Origin: an uncultured Eubacteriales bacterium
Lineage (GTDB): Bacteria; Bacillota; Clostridia; Oscillospirales; Acutalibacteraceae
Assembly: GCA_900315985.1 (NCBI GenBank)
Contig: ONBD01000002.1
Coordinates: 520-64,519, forward strand
Length of the DNA: 64,000 nt
Reading direction: 5' to 3'
The position numbers and the translations under genes are program-made. Positions 35,038 to 42,612 of the stretch are shown here, piece by piece (positions within the stretch are counted from its first letter, which is position 1; each line of letters starts with the position of its first letter). The notes under the pieces were generated by a model. That model saw only the letters and a program-made list of their open reading frames with translations, made no database searches and was not told the origin of the DNA.

Positions 35038-36120
35038 ATGGCAACGGATTTTGATTTGAGTTTTATTATAGACAGCTTTTGCTTCGGCTCCGACTTTAAA
35101 AGCTATGAAACTAAAAATGACGGGCATATCAATTCAACCTATGTGCTGTCATTTGCAGACGGCAAAAAATACACCCTGCAAAAAATAAACACCTTCGTTT
35201 TCAAAAAGCCCGACGAGCTTATGAAAAACATTGTCGGTGTTACTCAGTTTATTAAATCACGGGGCAATATGAAAACGCTGAGCTTTCTGCCCGCAAAAAA
35301 CGGAGAATATTTTGTTACCGACAAAAACGGCGGCTGCTGGCGTGTTTATGAATTTGTCGACAGCGTTTACACCTGTAACACTATTAAAAATAACGGTGTT
35401 TTTTACAATGCAGGTAAGGCGTTCGGCAGATTTCAAAATGAATTAGCCGACTATCCTGCCGAAACTCTGTTTGACACTATTCCGAATTTTCATAACACCT
35501 ATTCACGCTTTCTTGATTTTAAAAAGGCGGTTGAAAGCGACATTTCAGACAGAGCAAAAAGCATTGAAAGAGAAATTGAATTTGTACTTTCAAGAGAAGC
35601 TGACACTAAAATTTTACTTGATTTAACAGACAAAAACGAGCTTCCCCTGCGTGTTACACACAATGACACGAAGCTCAACAACATTCTTTTTGACGAGAAT
35701 ACCAATGAGGGCGTGTGCATAATTGACCTTGACACAGTTATGCCGGGGCTTTCGCTTTACGATTTCGGCGACAGCATCCGCTTTGGCGCAAATACCGCCG
35801 CAGAGGACGAAAAGGATTTAAGCAAGGTGTCATTAAGCCTTGAATTATATAAAGCATATACCGAAGGTTATCTTTCAGCGGCATACGGCAGTCTTACGGA
35901 AAATGAAATTGCGTATCTGCCGTTTTCAGCAAAGCTTATGACGCTTGAATGCGGTATGCGCTTTCTGACCGATTATCTCAACGGCGACACATATTTTAAA
36001 ACGGATTATAAAGAGCACAATTTAGTCAGGGCGAGAGACCAGTTTAAGCTTGTTGAGGACATTGAATCAAAGCTTGACGATATGGAAAAAATAACAGCGG
36101 AGGCTTGTGAAAGGAAATAA
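35038..36120 (+). CDS. APH-fold sugar kinase, N-acetylhexosamine 1-kinase (NahK)-like
   Basis: The catalytic loop THNDTKLNNILFD and IIDLDTVMPG resemble NahK. ATG 35038 follows a G-rich SD. Confidence 0.65.
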   Translation: MATDFDLSFIIDSFCFGSDFKSYETKNDGHINSTYVLSFADGKKYTLQKINTFVFKKPDELMKNIVGVTQFIKSRGNMKTLSFLPAKNGEYFVTDKNGGCWRVYEFVDSVYTCNTIKNNGVFYNAGKAFGRFQNELADYPAETLFDTIPNFHNTYSRFLDFKKAVESDISDRAKSIEREIEFVLSREADTKILLDLTDKNELPLRVTHNDTKLNNILFDENTNEGVCIIDLDTVMPGLSLYDFGDSIRFGANTAAEDEKDLSKVSLSLELYKAYTEGYLSAAYGSLTENEIAYLPFSAKLMTLECGMRFLTDYLNGDTYFKTDYKEHNLVRARDQFKLVEDIESKLDDMEKITAEACERK

Positions 36121-36124
36121 TTAT

Positions 36125-37885
36125 ATGTTGGAAATAAAAGGCAACGATTTTGTATTAAACGGCGAAAAATTCAATATCTATTCAGGCGCAGTACATTATT
36201 TCCGCAGTCTGCCCGAATACTGGGAGGACATACTTACAAAGCTTAAGCTTTGCGGCTTCAACACGGTTGAAACCTATGTCTGCTGGAATCTGCACGAAAA
36301 GAAGGAGGGCGAATTCGACTTTTCGGGCGGTCTTGACATTGCAAGGTTTATTAAAACGGCTCAGAAGGTCGGTCTTTACTGCATAGTAAGACCCGGCCCG
36401 TATATCTGCGCCGAGTGGGATTTCGGCGGCTTACCTGCCTGGCTTTTAAAGGACAGAAATATGCGTATTCGCTGTATGTATAAGCCCTACACAGACGCAG
36501 TTGAACGCTATTACAAGGCGTTGTTTGACGAAATTGCGCCGCTTCAGCTGAAAAACGGCGGCAATATTATTGCAATGCAGATTGAAAACGAATACGGCAG
36601 CTACGGCAACGATAAGAATTACCTTGCATTTATAAAAGATTTAATGCTTCGTTGCGGCTGTACCGAGTTTATGTTCACCTCTGACGGACCTGAGGACAAT
36701 ATGCTTTCGGGCGGTATGCTTGAGGGTGTGCCTGCGGTTGTGAATTTCGGCTCAAGAGTAGGCTCGGCGTTTAAAAAGCTTCGTGAGTATCAGCCCGAGG
36801 GACCGCTTATGTGCGGCGAATTCTGGAACGGCTGGTTTGACCGCTGGGACGAAAAGGAAAAGCACCACCAAAGACCTGCATTTGAGGTTGTGTATGAATT
36901 AAAGGAATTTTTGAAGCATGACGCCTCATTTAACTTCTATATGTTCCACGGCGGTACGAATTTCGGCTTTAATTCGGGCGCAAACTGCTATGGGGAGTAT
37001 CAGCCGACCATCACAAGCTATGATTATGATGTTCTTTTAAATGAATGGGGCGGCTATACAGACAAATACCATGCCGTAAGAAAGGTCTTGCTTGAGCATC
37101 AGGGAATTGAGCCTGCAGAATTGCCCCCTGAGCCTGAAAGACAGAGTGTCGGCAAGGTTGCGCTTACAGAATATGCAGGAGTGCTTGAAAATCTTGAAAA
37201 CATTGGTACTAAAATCGAAAGCGTCACTGCCGAGAGTATGGAATATTTCGGTCAGAACAGCGGTTTGATTTTATATCACCACAAATTAAAGGGCAATTAT
37301 TCGGGTAAGCTTTTCCTTGACGGGCTCGGCGACAGAGCGCATGTATTTATAAACAAAGAGCTGAAGGGTATCATCTACCGCAATGACAAGGAGCATGCCG
37401 TTTCAATAGGCGAGCTTTCGGGTGAAAATGACATTGACATTCTCGTTGAGGATATGGGCAGAATCAATTACGGTCCTGATATGCTTGACAGAAAGGGCGT
37501 CAGCGGAATAAGAATAAACCTGCAGCAGCTTTCGAATTTTGAAATTTACCTTCTGCCGCTTGATAATCTTCAGAAGCTTGAATTCACAGCTTCAAAGAAA
37601 GAGGCTCCCGTATTTATGAGGGGTAAATTCAATGCTGAAAAGAATAAAACCTGCTTTGTGCATCTTGCAGGCTTCTCAAAGGGTTATGTGTTTGTCAACG
37701 GCTTTAATCTCGGCAGATATTGGAAGGTAGGTCCGCAGAAGTCGCTTCACATTCCTGGCGCATTGCTAAAAGACGGTGAAAATGAAATTATTGTGCTTGA
37801 GCTTGACAGGACTGTGTCCGACACGGTACATATAACAAGCGAGCACGATATAGGTCAGCATAAAAAGAAAGGCATTTTCGGCTGA
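36125..37885 (+). CDS. GH35 beta-galactosidase
   Basis: SGAVHYFR, NTVETYVCWNLHE, RPGPYICAEWDFGGLPAWL and QIENEYGSYG (acid/base Glu). Confidence 0.9.
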   Translation: MLEIKGNDFVLNGEKFNIYSGAVHYFRSLPEYWEDILTKLKLCGFNTVETYVCWNLHEKKEGEFDFSGGLDIARFIKTAQKVGLYCIVRPGPYICAEWDFGGLPAWLLKDRNMRIRCMYKPYTDAVERYYKALFDEIAPLQLKNGGNIIAMQIENEYGSYGNDKNYLAFIKDLMLRCGCTEFMFTSDGPEDNMLSGGMLEGVPAVVNFGSRVGSAFKKLREYQPEGPLMCGEFWNGWFDRWDEKEKHHQRPAFEVVYELKEFLKHDASFNFYMFHGGTNFGFNSGANCYGEYQPTITSYDYDVLLNEWGGYTDKYHAVRKVLLEHQGIEPAELPPEPERQSVGKVALTEYAGVLENLENIGTKIESVTAESMEYFGQNSGLILYHHKLKGNYSGKLFLDGLGDRAHVFINKELKGIIYRNDKEHAVSIGELSGENDIDILVEDMGRINYGPDMLDRKGVSGIRINLQQLSNFEIYLLPLDNLQKLEFTASKKEAPVFMRGKFNAEKNKTCFVHLAGFSKGYVFVNGFNLGRYWKVGPQKSLHIPGALLKDGENEIIVLELDRTVSDTVHITSEHDIGQHKKKGIFG

Positions 37886-37905
37886 AACGGTGTAAAATAA
37901 AATCT

Positions 37906-37940
37906 GGTTGTCAGGGTATAATGCCCTGACAGCCTTTTTT
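37906..37940 (+). terminator. Intrinsic terminator after the GH35 gene
   Basis: GGTTGTCAGGG-loop-CCCTGACAGCC followed by TTTTTT. Confidence 0.8.
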
Positions 37941-38008
37941 GATGCTTTATTAAAATCAAGAATTGAATATTTACAAAACCGCAAGGCAAAATAATAGCGG
38001 TGATTAAA

Positions 38009-39034
38009 ATGAAAAGACTTGGGAAAAGGACAATTATTTTTGACAGTCCGCCGTGTGTAATCGGCAATGCGGCGGTAGTGGGCAAAACCGAGGGCGAAGG
38101 GCCTTTATGTAAAGAATTTGACTTTATTCACGAGGATGATATGCTCGGCGAAAAGAGCTTTGAAAAAGCGGAAAGCGCATTGCAGAAGGATGCCGTAATG
38201 CGTGCTTTACAGCGTGCAGGCAAGCTCCCCGATGACATAGACCTGATACTTGCAGGCGACCTTTTAAATCAGAATTCCGCATCTAATTTTGCCCTCAGAG
38301 AGCTTGGCATACCTCTGCTCGGGCTTTTCGGCGCATGCTCTACCATGGCATTAACCTTAGGTCTTGCGTCAATACTTGTTGAGGCAGGTGCAGGCAGTCT
38401 TGCAGTTGCGACAACCTCGTCGCACTTCTGCTCGGCTGAAAGGCAATTCAGAATGCCTCTTGAATACGGCGGTCAGCGTCCGCAGAGCGCACAGCGCACG
38501 GTAACAGGAGCAGGCGCAAGCGTTGTAGCGCCGCACAACAGGGAATTCCCTGCAATTCACGCAGTAACCTTCGGCAAAATAGTTGACCTCGGCATAAAGG
38601 ACGCCAATAATATGGGAGCCGCCATGGCACCTGCTGCGGCGGAGACTATTGCGGCATATTTTACCGACACAAACAGCAACGCAGACAGCTTTGATTATAT
38701 AATTACGGGCGACTTGGGTTATGTGGGCAGCGAGCTTTTAAACGAATTGCTTATAAAGGACTACAACCTTGACATTTCTTCAAAGCACACCGATTGCGGT
38801 AAAATGATATTTGACAAAGAAAAACAGGACACACACGCAGGCGGCTCGGGCTGCGGCTGCAGCGCATCTGTGCTCAATTCCTATTTTATAAACAGGCTGA
38901 AAACGGGTGAAATAAAAAATATACTGTTCATTGCGACAGGCGCACTTATGTCGCCCACGACCTCACTTCAGGGCGAAAGCATACCGTCAATAGCGCATCT
39001 TGTAAACATCCGGAAGCCCGACAGTGTGAATTGA
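38009..39034 (+). CDS. spoVAD: Stage V sporulation protein AD (thiolase-fold DPA-channel subunit)
   Basis: N-terminus ...VIGNAAVVGKTEGEGPL..FD.....D...GEKSFEKAES and the C-terminal GGSGCGCSA motif are typical of SpoVAD. An alternative GTG start is at 38000. Confidence 0.85.
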   Translation: MKRLGKRTIIFDSPPCVIGNAAVVGKTEGEGPLCKEFDFIHEDDMLGEKSFEKAESALQKDAVMRALQRAGKLPDDIDLILAGDLLNQNSASNFALRELGIPLLGLFGACSTMALTLGLASILVEAGAGSLAVATTSSHFCSAERQFRMPLEYGGQRPQSAQRTVTGAGASVVAPHNREFPAIHAVTFGKIVDLGIKDANNMGAAMAPAAAETIAAYFTDTNSNADSFDYIITGDLGYVGSELLNELLIKDYNLDISSKHTDCGKMIFDKEKQDTHAGGSGCGCSASVLNSYFINRLKTGEIKNILFIATGALMSPTTSLQGESIPSIAHLVNIRKPDSVN

Positions 39035-39043
39035 GGTGAGAAA

Positions 39044-39211
39044 ATGGCAAAAATTCTGAACGATTTGAAAATTATAAGCATATCTGCGAATATTATAAGA
39101 ATTCTGAGCATAATAAGAACAGTACTGACTGTTGGGATAATAGCCTTTTCCGTAATGAAAACATTAAGTCTTTTCAAGGACTCTGACAATAGAATTGAAA
39201 CAGCATATTAA
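39044..39211 (+). CDS. 55-aa small hydrophobic protein (not in the ORF track)
   Basis: MAKILNDLKIISISANIIRILSIIRTVLTVGIIAFSVMKTLSLFKDSDNRIETAY. ATG is 5 nt after SD GAGGTGAG and 9 nt after the spoVAD stop. A terminator follows. Confidence 0.45.
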   Translation: MAKILNDLKIISISANIIRILSIIRTVLTVGIIAFSVMKTLSLFKDSDNRIETAY

Positions 39212-39214
39212 AAA

Positions 39215-39245
39215 ACAGACCTGACTTTACAGCCGGGTCTGTTTT
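39215..39245 (+). terminator. Intrinsic terminator after the spoVAD / small ORF unit
   Basis: ACAGACCTG ... CGGGTCTGT stem (one G-U pair), then TTTT. Confidence 0.65.
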
Positions 39246-39305
39246 AACATTGTTATTACAAATTTGAGCTTTTCGAGATGATTGATAATTTAGGAGAACA
39301 GTAAA

Positions 39306-39334
39306 CCCGTAGGGGCGATTCACGAATCGCCCGT
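39306..39334 (-). repeat. REP-like palindromic element, inverted copy of 21030-21059
   Basis: CCCGTAGGGGCGATTCACGAATCGCCCGT; positions 39307-39334 are the exact reverse complement of 21029-21056. Confidence 0.8.
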
Positions 39335-39356
39335 ATTAAATTAACCGCAAATTAGC

Positions 39357-39386
39357 GGCGGGAGTAAACCTCCGCCCTACGGACTC
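39357..39386 (+). repeat. Second REP-like element with a different stem and the same CCCTACGGA tail
   Basis: GGCGGGAG-TAAAC-CTCCGCC then CTACGGACTC. Convergent with the element at 39306-39334. Confidence 0.65.
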
Positions 39387-39491
39387 ATTTCAGACCGAGT
39401 ATGCAAAGATCTCGCCAAGCTCCGATTTATCAATCCTTTACAAAAGTAAAAAAATATATTAAAATAATAAAAACTCAATTAAGGTGATTAT

Positions 39492-39695
39492 ATGGAAACG
39501 GAAAGACTGAAGCGCATAAACGAATTGGCGCACAAGCAAAAGACGGAGGGCTTGACCGAAGAGGAAAAGGCAGAGCAGGCGAAGCTTCGGCAGGAGTATT
39601 TAAAGGCTTTTAAGAAAAACCTGACAGCTCAGCTTGACAACACCTATATCGTTGATGAAAAGGGCAACAAAAGAAAGCTTGAAAGAAAGAAGTAA
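39492..39695 (+). CDS. DUF896 (YnzC/UPF0291) small helical protein
   Basis: 67 aa; [30 protein letters not shown] is the family hallmark. Confidence 0.85.
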   Translation: METERLKRINELAHKQKTEGLTEEEKAEQAKLRQEYLKAFKKNLTAQLDNTYIVDEKGNKRKLERKK

Positions 39696-39707
39696 GCAAT
39701 AAAATAA

Positions 39708-39737
39708 AACGGGTAAGCGAAACGCTTACCCGTTTTT
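39708..39737. terminator. Bidirectional terminator (DUF896 gene on +, GPH transporter on -)
   Basis: AACGGGTAAGCG-AAA-CGCTTACCCGTT flanked by AAAATAAA and TTTG. Confidence 0.8.
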
Positions 39738-39746
39738 GTTGTAGTT

Positions 39747-41141
39747 TTATTTTCCCTCTGCTCTTTTATTGATTATGTAATCATGCACATCGTCTGCGAG
39801 CTTGCCGTAGACCTTGAATTTCTTTCTGAAAACAACAAGCGAAGCCGCAAGTAAAATTATAGGAACACCAAAGGCTAAAATGCCGATGCCTGTCTTTGTT
39901 GAGGCTGATATGCTGTTCGCCGCTTTCTGCGTGTTGTAATCCATAATCCACAGTGCGCTGAAAAGCACAACGGTCTGAATGGTATACGCCATTTTCTGCA
40001 AAAAGCCTTTCATTGAGAAGGTGATGCTTTCGTTTCTCACGCCGTTTTTGTATTCGCCGTAGTCGACAATGTCGGCAAGGAAAATTGTCTGCGAAACGAA
40101 CATTGAGCTGATGCCGATTGACGCTATAATATAGCAGATGTCAAGTGCTATTGTAATTTTAAGCACAGAGCCGAACAGAAGCATCAAAGCATAGCCTATC
40201 ATACAGGTGCAGAGTGAAATTGAATATATAGTTCTCTTTGTGAATTTTTTTGAAAGTACGGGAATTACAAGCAGACCCAAAATCGAGCCTACTGCGCCGA
40301 TTGTCTGGAACAGCGACTGAGCCGTAGGCTTGTCAAGTGCGTCTGTGAAATAGTAAACAGCAGTTGAGCTTGTAAGGTACCAGCCTGCATTTGAAAGCAT
40401 TGCAAAAATCATAAACACAACAAGCTGGTCGTTTGAGCCGATAACCTTGAAAATCTGCTTTAAGCTGAATTTCTGCTTTTCGTTATAAACGACATTCGTT
40501 TCCTTCGTGGTAAGCACGCAGATAAGCGAGAAGCAGATAAGCGCCGCACCGCAGATGATTGCCCATTTTGAAAATCCCGATGCGCTGTAACCCTTGTCGG
40601 TTTTAGCTTCCATACCGCTTGAAAGCAGGGGAAGCACAAGGGGCGTAAGAATTGAGATTATACCTTGACCGAGTCCCGAGAAGGTGCGGGCAACGGTAGC
40701 CACAAGGTTCCTCTCCTGCTCGTCGCTTGTAAATGAGGGCACCATCGACCAGTAGGGGATGTCCGCCATGGTGTTGGTCATACCCCAGAGTATATACATA
40801 ACGCCTATGTAGATGTAAAGCTTTGTGCCGCTCATTCCGAATGAGGTAAACAGCAATGCAAGCACTATTGCATTTGAAACAGCGCCTATTAAAATCCACG
40901 GGCGGTATTTACCCATTTTTGTATGGGTGTTGTCAACTATTGTACCCATCATCGGGTCATTTACGCCGTCCCAGATTCTCGCAATAGGCGTAAGCAGAAG
41001 CAGGAAGCCTGCCTTAAGCCCGAGCACGCTTGACAGGTAGTACGAGAGGAATGAGTAGAACATTCCGTAGCTTAAATCAAGTCCTACCGCACCGACGCCG
41101 TAGCCTAATTTGCCTTTGATAAATTTCAGTTTGTCCTTCAT
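39747..41141 (-). CDS. Glycoside-pentoside-hexuronide (GPH) family sugar:cation symporter
   Basis: 464 aa, 12-TM pattern. N-terminal KLGYGVGAVGLDLSY..., DGVNDPMMGTIVDNT and GKYRPW motifs typical of MelB/XylP-type carriers. Confidence 0.85.
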   Translation of the reverse strand: MKDKLKFIKGKLGYGVGAVGLDLSYGMFYSFLSYYLSSVLGLKAGFLLLLTPIARIWDGVNDPMMGTIVDNTHTKMGKYRPWILIGAVSNAIVLALLFTSFGMSGTKLYIYIGVMYILWGMTNTMADIPYWSMVPSFTSDEQERNLVATVARTFSGLGQGIISILTPLVLPLLSSGMEAKTDKGYSASGFSKWAIICGAALICFSLICVLTTKETNVVYNEKQKFSLKQIFKVIGSNDQLVVFMIFAMLSNAGWYLTSSTAVYYFTDALDKPTAQSLFQTIGAVGSILGLLVIPVLSKKFTKRTIYSISLCTCMIGYALMLLFGSVLKITIALDICYIIASIGISSMFVSQTIFLADIVDYGEYKNGVRNESITFSMKGFLQKMAYTIQTVVLFSALWIMDYNTQKAANSISASTKTGIGILAFGVPIILLAASLVVFRKKFKVYGKLADDVHDYIINKRAEGK

Positions 41142-41170
41142 ATTTTACCCCGCTTTTAATAATTTGAGTT

Positions 41171-42439
41171 TTATTTCAGCTTGCCGTATTGTTTGACAGC
41201 AAGCTTTTTTGTTGCTTCAATACAGGCAAGTACGATTACAAAGTATGATATCTCTTTCGGCAGGTCGAGCGTGCTTTCAAACAGGGACATCGCAAAGAAG
41301 CCGACCAGTGATGCGCCGAATGCCGTAGCATAGCGTTTGTACCATCCGCCGCAGTTGTAAATTAAAAACAAATCACGCACTGTGAGTGTAACAAGTACGG
41401 CAAAAATCAGCAGCCCTGCCACGCCCAATTCCGTCAGTATTTCAACGGGCAGGTTGTGTGCATTAACAAGCTCTAAGCCGTTATCAAAAAGCATCCTTCT
41501 GACATTTTCACTGCCTGCACCGAGACCGACAGGCTTTGAAAGGAATGAATTTAAGCAAGCCTTCCATATGGGCAGTCTGTAATTGGTCGAAATGTCCTGG
41601 CTTGCGGTAATGCCACGGCGCAGGTAGATTATAATAAGCATTGAAATTGAAGCAGCGCTTGCAATACCCGACATAAATTTTGCGGGCTTTTTACCTGCGA
41701 AGGAGAGCATCATAAGCGACAGCACAACTGCAACAACCGAGCCACGCAGGAAGGTGAAAAGCAAGCCGAAGAATATAAGCACGCTTGAAGCAATCGAAAA
41801 CCATCTTCTCTTTTTTGTTGCACCGTAAAATGCGCAGAAAACGCTCAGCGGAAAAATCAGCACAAGAAATGCAGAAAATGCAAGCGGATTTGCAAAACAG
41901 CCCGAAACTCTGTCAGGCGCAGACTCAAAGAAAAGCGGGTAATTTACAAGCCTTGCAAACCAGAGGTCGAGCCTTTCATACAGGGGGCTGGGGAAGAATT
42001 GCGACTTGCCCACAGCCATAAGGCTCATCTGTAAAATTGCCAGCACGGAATTTGCCGCCGCCGACCCTACAAGGCACAGCACTATGTTTTCAATTTTTTC
42101 TCTTGTGTCGCTGAGCCCAGAAATAATCAGAAACAGCGCAAAAGCGCAAAGCCACATAAATGCATAGTACAGGGTGCTTATCCTGCTGCCCGACCATATA
42201 ACGCTTACAAGCGCAAATATGTCATATATTATTATAATGCCGCCCGTTTTTGAAATGTTTATCTGCAATTTGTTTTTGCGGCAATGCACGAGGTAAAAGA
42301 CAAACAGAGCCGCAACACACAAAAGCGCAGGCAGCTCAGGCAAAAGGCTGAGCAACAGCACGCTTACCGTCACAAGCTTATAATATTTTGAAAAGCTTTT
42401 CTCTTTAAGGTATTGAGGTATCACAAAAAAAGCCTCCAT
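41171..42439 (-). CDS. O-antigen ligase/polymerase-like (Wzy_C) polytopic membrane protein
   Basis: 422 aa, more than 10 TM segments. A periplasmic-loop region with RGS...AHN..VEILTELG is reminiscent of the Wzy_C domain. Confidence 0.65.
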   Translation of the reverse strand: MEAFFVIPQYLKEKSFSKYYKLVTVSVLLLSLLPELPALLCVAALFVFYLVHCRKNKLQINISKTGGIIIIYDIFALVSVIWSGSRISTLYYAFMWLCAFALFLIISGLSDTREKIENIVLCLVGSAAANSVLAILQMSLMAVGKSQFFPSPLYERLDLWFARLVNYPLFFESAPDRVSGCFANPLAFSAFLVLIFPLSVFCAFYGATKKRRWFSIASSVLIFFGLLFTFLRGSVVAVVLSLMMLSFAGKKPAKFMSGIASAASISMLIIIYLRRGITASQDISTNYRLPIWKACLNSFLSKPVGLGAGSENVRRMLFDNGLELVNAHNLPVEILTELGVAGLLIFAVLVTLTVRDLFLIYNCGGWYKRYATAFGASLVGFFAMSLFESTLDLPKEISYFVIVLACIEATKKLAVKQYGKLK

Positions 42440-42612
42440 AAAGACATAGTTTAAAATAATGAAAACATTTTACCATACTTTTATAAAAAACACAATAAAA
42501 ACACTTATTTTAAAGCGCAGAACGGAATTCTGCAGTAATTGTATATTTTTGTGGTAATTTATTGATTTTTATGTTATAATGTACAATGTATAGTTGTGCG
42601 TGAGGTGATTAT

